Shown one piece after another: positions 12,044 to 25,089 of a stretch of DNA of 64,000 nucleotides. How positions within the stretch are numbered: position 1 is the first letter of the stretch; each line of letters opens with the position of its first letter. The stretch comes from Octopus bimaculoides (lineage: Eukaryota), in contig NC_068981.1 of assembly GCF_001194135.2 (NCBI RefSeq), positions 21,746,974 through 21,810,973 on the forward strand, written 5' to 3'. A program made the position numbers and the translations under genes. A model generated the notes under the pieces. That model had not been told where the DNA came from, made no database searches, and worked only from the letters and a program-made list of their open reading frames with translations.

Positions 12044-12664
12044 TTTGATATCAAGTGCACAAACATTAGAGACACATATATGCACACACTCACACCTTAC
12101 AGGCTTCTTTCAATTTGCATTTACCAAATTGATGTACTAGGATTTGATCAGCCCAGGGATATAGTTGAGGGCACTTGTCCAAATGCCTTTTTTCTTTCTT
12201 AATGGTTTCAGTCAGAGGACTGTGGCCATGCTGGAGCACCACCTTAACTTACCTTCTATCAGAATGAAAGGAAGTTGGTTTATGATTTTGTAGTAGCTGA
12301 TCTTCTGTGAGTGTATCCTTGAATGACTGGCAGGTCAGGTATTGACATTATGAGTTTATCCTATGTTTTTTTTTAATGTTTCAGTAGAGGTTCCTTTGCA
12401 CTAGGAGTGAACCTGAAACCACATAGTTGGAAAGCAAATGTTTTAACCATACAACCATTCCTGGGTCTTTGTTTACTTAAAGTTATAACTGGTTCAGTGA
12501 TAGAACAAGTAATGCTGCTCCAGCTGGTAATGATCTTCTTAATGGTTCTTACATTGTCACTTTGGTCAATACTGTTGCCCTTGATAAATTGGAAGCACCC
12601 TGTCATGAAACCCTTTGATTATCAAAATACAAAAAATTGGTGTTTCACCCAAGAACGTGACCAT

Positions 12665-12878
12665 TGGCCAAATTTCTTTGTCAAATGTATTATTTATTCA
12701 CATTATTTTGAATTAATCAAGTACTATCTGGTAGCTTCAAAATTTCAATGGTGTGTTTGTATATTTTTAGAATGACATTGTAGGGTAGGTGTGAGAGGTT
12801 GGATCTAGTCAGCTTTAACATAAAACAGGAAGAATATTTGGGTCAGATACAGTCAGATTAAATGCCAAAGAGTTAATG
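12665..12878. mobile_element. Probable piggyBac-like MITE fragment
   Basis: Ends in aaatgccaaagagttaa (TTAA terminus). The left end is not clearly resolved. Confidence 0.4.
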
Positions 12879-13962
12879 CATTTTCAAATCACTTTGTTAC
12901 AGCAGATAATTTAGGTTGTCTTTTTGCGCCTTGGAAAAAAAAATAAAATAAACATCATTATTACAATTATCCCTCATTTCCTCTTTCTTTCTTTCTTTTT
13001 TCCTCCTCTCTCTCTTTCTCTCTCTTCCCCTCTCTTTGTTCCCCCACGTATTCATATACACTTTCTGAATGGACACAGCAAAACAGTTAGTACTCTTAAA
13101 GTTAATGAATAAAACATCTGTACACATTTTCATACACACGCACATATCAATTTCGTCCATTTATGTACACACACACATGTATAGTGAATTATATCCACAC
13201 ACACAAACACACAAAAACACAAACACTTACATGTAGTGATTGAATTCCCTTAAAACACACACACACACACATTTGTACACTTACAGTTAGAATATAAATA
13301 GATCCTTTGGTCATATACAAACTTAAAAGTTGCCTAAATATATATTTTCATAAATTTAATTTTCAAATGAAAATTCTAGTTTATTTTATACTAAATTTTT
13401 ATTCCATACTTAAAATTGTTGCTACAATGTATAACACTTCATTTATATTAAAATTGTTCAATAATTATAATTATTTTCTATAACAATATTTTTATTAAAT
13501 TAGTCAATGAGCTTTGAGTAACAAAAATTTGTTTGAATAAAAAGTTGTTTGCTGGAAAGATGTTTGATAAAAGGTGATGGTACATGTGTATCTTGGTTTC
13601 CAGACTAAATATCACATAACCGTACATATTGTAAGATGTGGTTGAAAGAGTTTATATGTGTGTGTGTGTGTGTGTATGCTTGTATGCATGTATGTATGTA
13701 TAATTATGTATTTGTTTACATCTCTTCCACTCATTCAAAAGTCATGATGTGCAGTGTTCTGTGGTCAGTAAATTCCTTGATTCATGCCCTTGAAACCACA
13801 GATGTGTTAGCATCTGGAAGGGCAGCCAGCTGTAAAACAATGAATTTACTTTGGTTTATGTAAACCTTGATGTAGCAAGCAAGATGAACCTTAGAAAAAC
13901 AAACTTGATTAAAAGATGAAACATTGAAAGGACCGCACATGAAAGCTATCTTTCTGGTTAAT

Positions 13963-14900
13963 CATCCTTTGATGTTGCTGCACCTCTTATGTGCCCATAG
14001 CTTACACTGGGTACATCTTATGGAGTTTCTACCTACACCTTTTCTACAGATCGAGTAGGACCACCTACCTGAAGGTGTGTGTGATGTGTTCGCCTTCCTA
14101 CTTACTAGAACTTTGGTCTTTGCAACATTGACTCTAAGGCCCTTCGATTCTAAACCTTGCTTCCACACATGAAGTTTTTTCTCTAGTTCTGGTAGTGATT
14201 CTGCTACGAGGGCCAGGTCATCAGCATAGAGGAACTCCCAAGGGCAACCTGTCTTGAATTCCTCTGTTATTGCCTGGAGGACTATGATGAATAAGAGGAG
14301 GCTGAGGGCTGATCCTTGGTAGACCCCCTACTTCTACCTGAAATTCTTCACTATACTCATTGCCAACTCTAACCTTACTAACGGCATCTCTGTATAGGGC
14401 CTGTACAGCCCTTATTAACCATTCGTCAATCCCCAGCTTCTGCATCACCCACCAGATAAGGGATCGGGGGACCCTGACAAAAGCTTTCTCCAAGACCACA
14501 AAAGCCAAGTATAGGGGTTTATCTTTGGCTAGGTATTTCTACTGCAGTTGCAGAACCAGGAATATAGCATCAGTGGTGCTTCTACCTAGCACAAAACCAA
14601 ACTGCATCTTATCTAAGCAGACTCTCTCCCTCTCCCTAATTAGTTGGGCTATGACCCTCTCCGTGACCTTCAACACCTGATCCAGCAGTTTGATATCCCT
14701 GTAGTTATTTCTATCTAAAGCATCACCTTTACCTTTGTAGCAGTTGACTACGGTGCTGCTACACCAGTCATTGGGTATGGCTCCATCATGAACTACCTGG
14801 TTTACAATACGGGTGACTAAGCCATAGACCACACCACCAGATGTTTTAAGCATCTCAGCAGTGATTCCTAATGGGCCAGGGGCTTTTCCTGGCTTCATAC
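13963..14900 (-). pseudogene. RTE-clade LINE reverse-transcriptase fragment, truncated at both ends
   Basis: MKPGKAPGP...KGKGDALDRNNYRDIKLL, QFGFVLGRSTTDAIF, LEKAFVRVPR, LYADDLAL (about 14215-14235) and GLRVNVAKTKVL followed by a Cys-rich insert. Frameshifted. An older copy of the same segment lies at about 32335-32500. Confidence 0.9.
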
Positions 14901-16322
14901 CTTTAATTCCTTTATCAGAGGTAAAATTTCATTGGTCTGGAGATAGGTGACATCAGCAACTGGGGTTTGTTTGTTGATTAGGAGTTGTAGTTTCAAAACC
15001 CAAGAAGAAGACTGTTACTAAAAGTTTTCGAATTGTCTGTTGTATCTGGTTGTTATGTTTGTAGAAAAATTGAGTTTTCTCTTGTTTTTAGTGTTTTTCC
15101 TTCTCTCTAAAGGATATTCAGCAGCAGTTTATATTTTTTAATTGAGTATGCTATCCCCATGCATACCAACCTCCCCTCTCCACGCCACTGATGTTATCCA
15201 AGAGAAAGGCAAATGCCAATACAATTTGTCATCTGAGGCACCACAACTCATTTCTACCACTGAGTGAACTGGAGCACATGAAAAGAAAGTGTCTTGCTCA
15301 AGAACACAACACACAGCCCAGTCCAGGAATTGAGCTCACTACCTCATGATTGTGAGCCTGACACTCTAACCACTGAACCATGCACCTTCAATTTGTAATG
15401 TTCTATACTTAATATGTGAAGGGGAACCTGCAGTGCTTTTATTCTTTATCTCTCCCTCATAAACTGTATTCTAGCATCATACATATGTTTTGATTATTTA
15501 GCCCATATCAGCCCTGTTGTAGCAGATATATGAGTAAAGACATTTCATTTGTGACCATCTCATCTTTAATGAGTATGTACAGCAACATTCTACGAAATCT
15601 AATGTATTCTTTCGCAATTTAAGATGGAGTGAGTTGAAATTTGGCTACTATATCTAGCAGATCTAATGACCCCCATATATATACTCCTTCTTGTTAGCTC
15701 AGTTGTCAAACATATAAAACCCAATCAGATTAGCCAGCCTTGCAATGTCACTCACTAATTTTACTGATACTCACAAATACACTTGTTTCAAAGATTGATG
15801 CGATATAGATCAATGCAAAAGCTGCCAAACAAACAGCTTTCAGAGCTGTTTTGCTACAGGCTAGGCAGGAGAAGGATTTTGGTTGAAAAAATTAGTTTAG
15901 GAATTTGTGATCTGTAGAAACAAAAGGCCAATGTTTCTTAGCATTTCATTAAACACTAGTTCTATTTTATCAGGCTAAAAATAACATCTAGATTCCAGTC
16001 TGGCTGTTATACTAATACACTGTTCAAGTCTTTGGTTGCAGAATCTTCCAGATAATTGGATAGATAGTATAAAAAAGAAAGTTTACGCTCGTCTTACAAG
16101 GAGACTAGCCCAGTATGGCTTGGTTGATTACTTTACTGGAAGAAGATTAACAAAATAAATACAATAACGATATCTAAGTGTGTATGAAACTCCTGAAGGT
16201 ATTAGGTTCTCATTAGGATTATCTCTTAAATTAAGTTTATTGATTTCTCATTTTGTAAATGGTGTATGATATCCTGTTTGTATATACTTATATGTTTAGA
16301 TATACAATCATTACACATGTAT

Positions 16323-16389
<67 letters not shown>

Positions 16390-16814
16390 ATATATATCTA
16401 TAATACACACACATGCACACACAATATACTACCACCTCATCATCATCATCAGCATCATCTACGAAGAACTGTAGAACATTACAGTGGTGATGAGGTGCCA
16501 GAGCAAACTCTCAAGGTACAAGAAGGTGAATTTAGGAGAGAATATGGATAAAGGATCAGGAAGGGTGGGTGGGTGGATAGGTTTATAAGAGTGTGAGAGG
16601 AGGGTGACGGATAGTTAGAGATAGGGGTACAGGTGAATGTAGTGAGTTATGAACAAAAGTTATGAACCAAGGTGGACTGTGGCAAATATCATTTTCTTGT
16701 GGTGGTGGCAGTGAGGAGGAAGGTCACATAAATAGGAATGACCCATCATTATCATCATCATCATTATCATCATCATCATCATTATCATCATCATCATTAT
16801 CACTGCCACCAAAA

Positions 16815-17035
16815 CAGTGAGCTGGCAGAATTGTTAGCACACAGTACAAAATGCTTTGTGGTATTTCGTCTGCTGCTATGTTCTGAGTTCAAATTCCGCC
16901 GAGGTTGGTTTTACCGTTCATCCTTTCATGATCGATGAAATAAGTACCAGTTATGCACTGGAGTTGATGTAATCGACCAGCCCCCTTCCTCCCCAAATTT
17001 TCAAGGCCTTGTGCCTAGAGTAGAAGGAAATAATT
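16815..17035 (+). mobile_element. tRNA-head SINE, family E
   Basis: gagctggcagaattgttagc...gagttcaaattccgccgagg...aagtaccag...ggccttgtgcc. Other copies at about 28093-28480 (-, two), 29795-30005 (+), 35500-35870 (-, two), 41068-41287 (-), 44232-44655 (-, two) and 51600-51836 (-). Confidence 0.8.
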
Positions 17036-18089
17036 ATCACTGCCATAACCGCCACTGGTGCCAGCATCGCTGCTGCCACCACGACCACCACCACCACCAC
17101 CACCAGCATCATCATCATTATTTTCTGTCTGTTTTCTGATGCTGAAATGAGATGGGCAGGTTTTCATTGTCTAATTCAGATCTTAGTTGGAATGAGCATA
17201 TTCCTTGACCGATGGGAAGAGTTAGAACTCTCTTGTACATTTTCACATTTCTGGTATGGTTCCAGTCACTGGATGTCCTTCCTGTTGCCATCCTTTGCAT
17301 GCAGCATACTCAGCACATTTTGTGTTGGTACCATCAATAAAGAGATGATTATTTTATTCCCCGCAAAACACTAAAGAAAGTTGTTTCTTACTGTCTTCAT
17401 TGTCACCATTCAGTCAGTCCTTTCTTTCTCACACTACAAAATGGAACGAGAAGAAAGAGAAAGCGGAAGAGTCTGTATGTGTGTGTGAGAGAGTTTGAGG
17501 GAGAGAAAGAAGGGGCAAAGTGAGAGATGTAATGAGGCGAGGGGAGAGAGATAGAAAGGGGAGGAATGTATGTGTATGTGTCGGAGAAAGAGAGAGAGAA
17601 GGAAAGAGTGTGTGTTTGAGAGAGAGAGAGAGAGAGAGAGTGTGAGTGTGGTGGGTATGTGTGCATGTGCCTATGTGTGTATGTGTATTTGATATTAATG
17701 AGAGATGGGTGAGGAACTAAACAGAGAAAGTGGGTGTAACAAAGATGGTTTTGTGGTAGCCAGAGAATTAATATGAACGTAGTGGGTGAAAGAGGTCCAA
17801 ATGTAGATGATCTACACCCCAACATGATATGTGTATACATACATTCATACATACATACATACTTATGTATATGCATATATTAATATATATATACACACAC
17901 ACACACACATATATACATATATACACACACACACNNNNNNNNNNNNNNNNNNNNNNNNNNNNNNNNNNNNNNNNNNNNNNNNNNNNNNNNNNNNNNNNNN
18001 NNNNNNNNNNNNNNNNNNNNNNNNNNNNNNNNNNNNNNNNNNNNNNNNNNNNNNNATATATATATATGAATATCTTTAGAAACTTCACT

Positions 18090-18590
18090 AGGTGCAGGCT
18101 TGGTTGTGTGATAAGTAGCTTGCTTACCAGTCACATGCTTCTGGGTTCAGTTCCACTGTGTGGCACCTTGGGCTAGTGCCTTCCACTACAGCCTCAGGCC
18201 AACCAAAGCCTTATTAGTGGATATGGTAGAGGGAAATTGAAAGAAGCCTGTCAAATATATATATGTATGTATGTATGTATGCATGTATGTATGTACTTGA
18301 AAAAATATCGTTATAGGTATATATATACCATAAACAAGTATAAAAAAATGGAGGAAAAAAAGATGTTGAAACAAGATTAGATTTAATACAAAATTGGAGT
18401 CTGTTTGTCCCACCCCACACCATCGTTTGACAACTGATGTTGGTGTGTTTATATCCCTGTAACTTAGCAGTTTGGCAAAAGAGGCCGATAGAATAAGGAC
18501 TAAGCTTCCAAAGAATAAGTCCTGGGGTTGATTTGCTTGACTAAAGCATGGCCACAGTCAAGTGACTGAAACAAATAAAAGAATAAAAGA
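18090..18590 (+). mobile_element. SINE family B, full length with internal microsatellite
   Basis: Same head and 3' part as the copy at 21107-21525. Confidence 0.8.
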
Positions 18591-18764
18591 ATGCAAGTTT
18601 TTTTTAATATATATAACAGCATATACATACACACAGCAAAGATATAGTTTTTTTATTGATTTTTTTTTATTTCATGATATAAGTGTTGCTCGTGCAAACC
18701 AACATCAACCTCTTCGGAGTCTGTTTCGTCATATATACATAGTCTCCCTTGTATTCTTCTACTT

Positions 18765-19425
18765 GTTTCTGTCATTTGACTGAGACCATGCTGGAGCACC
18801 ATCTTAAAGGGTTTTAGTCGAAGAAATCGACCCAAGGACATGCTCTTTGTGAGCCAAGTACTTATTCCATTGGTCTCTTTTGCCAAACTGCTAAGTCATA
18901 GGGACATAAACACACCAGCATCAGTTGTGAAGTGATGGAGTGGGGATAAATACACATAATTATATACATAGTGGAGGCGTGTGGCTTAGTGGTTAGGGTG
19001 TAAGCATCATGATTGTAAGATTGTGGTTTCGATTCCTGGACTGGGCGACGCGTTGTGTTCTTGAGCAAAACACTTCATTTCACGTTGCTCCAGTCCACTC
19101 AGCTGGCAAAAATGAGTAATGCTGCGATGGACTGGTGTCCCGTCCAGCTGGGTAATACATACGCCACTGAAACCAGGAAACCGGGCCCCATGAGCCTGGC
19201 TAGGCTTTAAAAGGGCGCATTTATTATTTTTCTATTTTAATTATATTCATACATATATACGACAGGCTTCTTTCAGTTTCTGTCTACCAAACCTACACAC
19301 AAGGCTTTGGTTGGCCTGAGGCTATAGTAGAAGACACTTGCCCAAGGTGTCACACAGTGGGACTGAACCTGGAACCATGTGGTTGAGAAGCAAGCTTCTT
19401 ACCACACAGCGTGCCTGTGCCTATA
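18765..19425 (-). mobile_element. SINE family B (minus) interrupted by a plus-strand family A SINE (18973-19225)
   Basis: The 3' half of B lies at 18765-18960 and the 5' half at 19255-19425, with a CpG-retaining A copy in the microsatellite linker. Confidence 0.8.
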
Positions 19426-21106
19426 AACATATATCCCTTGCACAGCACATACTGAAACATACACGTAACTCTTAAATAACTGCGCACCAGTTAATATGAA
19501 CACAATGTATTTTTTTAGAAGCTATATGTGTCTTTATTCCCCACTGGATTTTTAACTGATAAGATGTAATTGTATAATTAGGGCAGTGTATTAATAAGGT
19601 TTATGTCTCATGTGTGTCAGAGCTCAGCAGATTCTTCTCTACCTCTGTTCTCCCTTTATAGCTTTCTTCTGATAAGGCACGGATGTAATTTCTGGTGACA
19701 GTTTTTTCTAGGAAACTCCTGCAATAGATCAGCAGTTCTTGTGTTAGTGTAGTTAAATGAAACCAGCCAGGTTCTCTCATGAATACATAAACATACAGAC
19801 ATTGACATAGATATATCACTGTCGTCCGTTATTGTCACTGCTGCTGCTGCCACCACCACCACCACCACCACCACTACCACCACCACCACCATCATTTAAC
19901 GTCCACTTTTCGATGCTTGCATGGGTCAGACAGAATTTGCTAAGATAGATTTTCTATGGCTAGATGTCTTTCCTGTCAGCAACCCTCACCTGTTTCTACA
20001 CAAGGTAATATTTCCCCAGTGGCCAGACATAGTTTTATAGAATTCTCGAAATGAATGTACTTCTGTGACAATGATGCTCATTTGCAACCGACACAAGATG
20101 TCTAGATATGGGTATTCACATACACACACACAAACACACACATTTATAAAGCCATTAAATAAGAACACAAATAGATTTTAAAGGATCACAACAGCTGTTT
20201 CAGTAGCATTTTTTTTATTGATGAACAGATCAGTTACATTGATTACATCATGAAAAAAAAACGAATCCACTTTCATCAGGTGAGTTTAAAGTTAAGTAGG
20301 AAAAGATTCTAGCTGTGTGATAAGAAGTTTGTAGCATGGTCTGGGGTTCAGTCCCTGAGCAAGTGTCTTAATAAAGCCCCATACTGACCAAAGTGAAAGC
20401 TTTGTGAATGGACTGGGTAGACAACCCATCAAGTATGTATGTATGTATGTATGTATGTATGTATGTATGTATGTATGTATGTATGAATGTATGTATGTAT
20501 GTATGTATGTATGTATGCTTGTATATATGTATGTTTGTATGTATGTATGCATGTTTGTATGTATGTATGTGGTGAAGGTTCATGGTTCAGTGGTTAGAGC
20601 ATCGGGTTTCACAATCATGAGGTGGTGAGTTCGATTCCTGTGTGGTTAAGAAGTTTACAGCATACCGACCACATTGTTCCAGGTTCATTCCCATTGCACA
20701 GCACCTTGGACAAGTGTGTTCTACTGCTTTGTCAGTAATTTTTAGTAGATAGAAATTGTGTGTGTGGCCGTGTGTGGCTGTGTGAACAATAATTCATGCA
20801 ATACTGATGTAAAACTCCCTCCCCACAAAAATAAAAACAAAAAAACCCAGCAGCACATGGAAGAAAAATACCTTGTGGTATTTATTTTCCTGCATTGCAG
20901 TGATTGGTCCTTTGGAAACCTAAAGTCAACAACACCATTATTCACAAAATGCTTTGCCCTAGATATCCCAAACTGTTCTAGATTTGTTTTCTTTTTGCAT
21001 TTTTTGAAATTCTGTTTTGACACAAAATATATATTGTTCCCTTAAGTAAATCAATTTCCATATTAAGAATATAAATATTACAACATTACTAAAGATATTT
21101 ATCAGG

Positions 21107-21525
21107 TGTAGGAGTGACTGTGTGGTAAGTAACTTGCTTAACAACCACATGGTTCCAGGTTCGGTCCCACTGCCTGGCACCTTGGGCAAGTGTCTTCTAC
21201 TATAGCCTCAGGCCGACCAAAGCCTTGTGAGTGGATTTGGTAGACGGAAACTGAAAGAAGCCCGTCGTATATATGTATATATATATGTATGTGTGTGTAT
21301 ATGTTTGTGTGTCTGTGTTTGTCCCGCAACATCACTTGACAATCGATGCTGGTGTGTTTACGTCCCCCGTAACTTAGCAGTTCGGCAAAAGAGACCGATA
21401 GAATAAGTACTAGGCTTACAAAGAATAAGTCCTGGGGTCGATTTGCTCAACTAAAGGCGGTGCTCCAGCATGGCCACAGTCAAATGACTGACACAAGTAA
21501 AAGAGTAAAAGAGTAAAAAGAGTAT
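21107..21525 (+). mobile_element. SINE family B, young full-length copy
   Basis: tRNA-like head, internal (TA/TG)n, 3' part ending in (gagtaaaa)n, and CpGs retained. Further copies at about 32875-33650 (+), 43895-44125 (-), 52625-52945 (-) and 58330-58460 (-). Confidence 0.85.
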
Positions 21526-22340
21526 GAGATGTGATTTCAGTAAAAATACAGGCATTGCATGTTTATTCAATAAATCTGTTTCACAAATAGAAGGAATTAC
21601 TAATAGATGTTTGAACTAAAACTACATCTGTGTCTCTTTTTGTTCTGCTTTATGTCATTTGCCTCATTTGCACTGTTGAATTACATCACATAATTTCTCT
21701 AATACAATCTGTACCAATTTGTAACCATTTTTACAATTATTTTCAAATGTTACATTTGACATTTCATACCAGTTAACATTTGATTACTTTTAAAAGGTCA
21801 GAAAATTAGATTTAATATTCAATAATTCTATAATACATTTACACTTTTTGCTATAAACACTAACCTAAGCAAAGCCTTGTGAGTGGATTTGGTAGATGGA
21901 AACTGAAAGAAGCCCATTGTGTGCATGTGTATGTGTGTATGTATGTGTGTGTGTGTGTGTGTGTGTGTATAGACAGATAGATAGGTAGGTAGATAGATGA
22001 TGATGATGATCATCATCATCGTTTAACGTCCACTTAAACGATGATGATGATGATGATGATGAAATCTAAGCTGTGTTCTCTTGAAGCACATCTGCTTATT
22101 TCAGTATTTAAAATCCTTAAGTAGATGTTATATTTGTGTGAGGTATGTATAAGAGTTGTAAATATTGCAAAATATTTTCTGTAAAGTGATAATATCAAAA
22201 CAGGAGATTAGAAAATTTTGGGGTATTATTTATTCACCATTACATATGTTTCATTAACTAATAGGGATTACAAAATTGTACATGTAGGAGAAATCATTAT
22301 CTCCTATTAAAAATTCTTCAGACAGAGAATCAAATGAGTA

Positions 22341-23229
22341 CAGTGATGTCTCGATATATGAGTTAAATTTGTCCCTGGAGACTGCTCATAAAGTGAAAAC
22401 TTGTAAAGCAGAGCAATAATTCCCCATTATAGCAATGTTATAAATCCTAATTCATTCTCAGAAAAATATTGTGCTTGCAAAATTTATAATACTTGTAAAT
22501 AAATGACAATAAAACAACAGTAAAATGTAAAGAATATTTTATGTACAGTAAAGAGAATGTCAAGATCATTTATAATAAAAAAATATTATTATAATCGTTT
22601 TCTGAATCACTTTCACTGGCACTAGATACCATCACTTATATACATGATCGCTGATTTACGAGCAATCATAGACAGACTTGTAGATTTCTTTTTAAAAGAC
22701 AAGTCTACAGTTGTTTGCTTAGAGGAAGCTTTTTCTCACACTCTATAAATTTCTTGGTAACACACAGAAACATTTGTTACAGCACTAGGAATTTTTGCAC
22801 TTCGTTCAAAATTTGGATCTTGTGCTTGAAAAATTGTAATAATGTGGATCTTAGTTCACTTGCATGTTATTGTCAGCACTGTAATATTGCTGTTGCCACT
22901 ACTATGTTGCAGTGTTATTTCAAATCTTATTATCTTTGACTTGTCAATCATGCTATCACTGATAGCTCTGCATGACAATGACTTTAAAGCGGCTACCTTG
23001 GCAGTAACTCAAACTCATATATATCATATTACTAACACTGACTCCAAGTGTGAACTCATACAACGACTCTACTACTACTACTACTACTGACCTCTACAAT
23101 GACTGTCTGACTTTATAGTGGCTCTGTCATACCACGTGGGAAGGGGAGTACCATTTTCACTATGACAAAAATAAAACTCATAAACCCAAGGTCTCGTAAA
23201 ACAGGTCCTCATAAAGTGAGGTATTACTG
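22341..23229 (-). mobile_element. Tigger/pogo-like non-autonomous DNA transposon
   Basis: Imperfect TIRs cagtgatgtctcgatatatgag and ctcataaagtgaggtattactg with TA flanks. The minus-strand remnant KASSKQTTVDLSFKKK resembles a pogo transposase C-terminus. Confidence 0.7.
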
Positions 23230-23390
23230 TACTATTTGATTCTCTGTCAGAAAATTTTTCAATATATATCTTACATGTTCTCTACCATATGTACAATATT
23301 TTATTACTCCTATTAGCAACGAATCATGCGCAATGGTGAATAAATGATACCTAAAATTTTCAAATCCTGTTTTGATATATATGCATGTAC

Positions 23391-23441
<51 letters not shown>

Positions 23442-23539
23442 TGTGTGTGTATGTATGTATGTACACACACACACACACACACATGCATGTATGTATGTGT
23501 GTGTGTGCATGTTTGTGCAATGACAAATGACTGAGACCT

Positions 23540-24229
23540 TTGGAAATATGCTGTACTTGAGAAAACCCGCCAAGCCAAATGAGACCATAACTCGTGGCCT
23601 ATGCCAGGGGTGTAATCAGCTCACTTATGCACACCTTTCCTTCATTAGACACTAAACTCTGCTTGTGAAGACCTCTTGAGGCAAGTGAAATCAAAATCGA
23701 AATCAAATTTGATGACTGGCATCCGTGATAGTGGAGCGCTAAGAGCACCATCCAAGTGTGATCATTGCCAGAGCANNNNNNNNNNCGCTAAGAGCACCAT
23801 CCAAGTGTGATCATTGCCAGAGCAGCTGACTGGCTTCTGTGCCAGTGGCATGTAAAAAGCACCATTTGAGCGTGATCATTACCAGTGTTGCCTAATAGGC
23901 ACTTGTGCTGGTGGCACGTGAAAAAATATTCGAGCGAGGTCATTGCCAGTGCTGCTGGACTGGCTCCTGTGCAGGTGGCACGTAAAAACACCATTTGAGC
24001 GTGGCCGTTGCCAGTACCGCATGACTGGCCCTCATGCCAGTGGCACATAAATGCACCCTCTACACTCTTGGAGTGGTTGGCGTTAGGAAGGGCATCCAGC
24101 TGTAGAAACTCTGCTAGCTCAAATTGGAGCCTTGTGCAGCCATCTGGTTTGCCAGTCCTCAGTCAAATCGTCCAACCCATGCTAGCATGGAAGGCAGACG
24201 TTAAACGATGATGTTGTTGATGATGATGA

Positions 24230-24232
<3 letters not shown>
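23540..24232 (+). mobile_element. RTE-LINE 3'-end-derived element with internal tandem units and (GAT)n tail
   Basis: Ends ttaggaagggcatccagctgtagaaac...gacgttaaacgatgatg, the same tail that follows RT coding sequence at 48795-49442. Other copies at about 7285-7530, 10616-10955, 54545-54902, 59415-59742 and 63470-63730 (+), and 27652-28090, 33215-33520 and 56875-57160 (-). Confidence 0.85.
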
Positions 24233-24263
<31 letters not shown>

Positions 24264-24350
24264 TATTTTTGATTTTGTAGTCAATTTATTAATTATGTTC
24301 TTTTCCTTTTGTACTCTTCAGGTTTGCAAAACCAAGTTACACATGTTAAA

Positions 24351-25089
24351 ATGACAAGAATGCCTTCAAATAACTTAAACAAGTATCTATTTTTATATAT
24401 TACATTATGTATAGCTGTTGTCTGTGTCCAGTGTCGGGAAACTGCAGATGAAGACATCGTTAAGAAAGGACGCGATGTCATCAATAATTTATACCGACGT
24501 TTTCCAGGAAAAGAAGTTGACCTTGTCTTTATACTTGACCGATCAGCCAGTATTCCCCCACAAGGCTGGAGTTCTATGATAACATTTATCCGTTCCATTC
24601 TTGAACATTTCTCAGTGACTGGAGAACATACAAGAGTTGCTGTTATAACATATGGTTCCCATGTTAGTTTGGAAATTAATGATTTAAATGAGAAACACAC
24701 AACAAAATGTTCTTTAATGAAACAAATAAAACAAAGACTAGAAAAGAAAGTAATGGCAGGTTATACTGCCACCTATGATGCTTTGAAAAGAGCACAAAGC
24801 ATTCTTTTAAACTCAAGGCGAAATGCCAAAAAGGCTGTTTTTGTCTTAACTGATGGAAAATCAAATGTTGGCCCAAATCCTGTGCGAGCTTCACTGGAAA
24901 TCCGTTCCCTTCGTTGGAATAGCAAGTGGAATTCTACAGCCCATGGTCCTCAAGTTGAAATTTATGCATTTGGCATCAAAGATGCTAACTTACCTGAGTT
25001 GGAATACATTGCTTCACAACTGAAGAACCATACATTCTTCATTCCTGATTTTTCGACCTTCTCACTTCTTGCCAGACAGCTTCATAATG
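24351..25089 (+). CDS. SVEP1: Exon 1 (coding part): signal peptide + von Willebrand A domain
   Basis: [28 protein letters not shown] is a hydrophobic leader. MIDAS residues are present: [11 protein letters not shown] (DxSxS), GYTAT and VLTDGKSN. Acceptor ttcag ends at 24321 and donor GTAAGT starts at 25090. Confidence 0.95.

Noticed and set aside
18973-19045. tRNA-like heads (A and B boxes) as tRNA genes
   Set aside because: They continue into SINE bodies repeated many times in the window, and I could not fold a full cloverleaf.
23737-23824. 39-bp direct repeat around a 10-N gap
   Set aside because: Identical sequence on both sides of a nominal gap is typical of unmerged overlapping contig ends.
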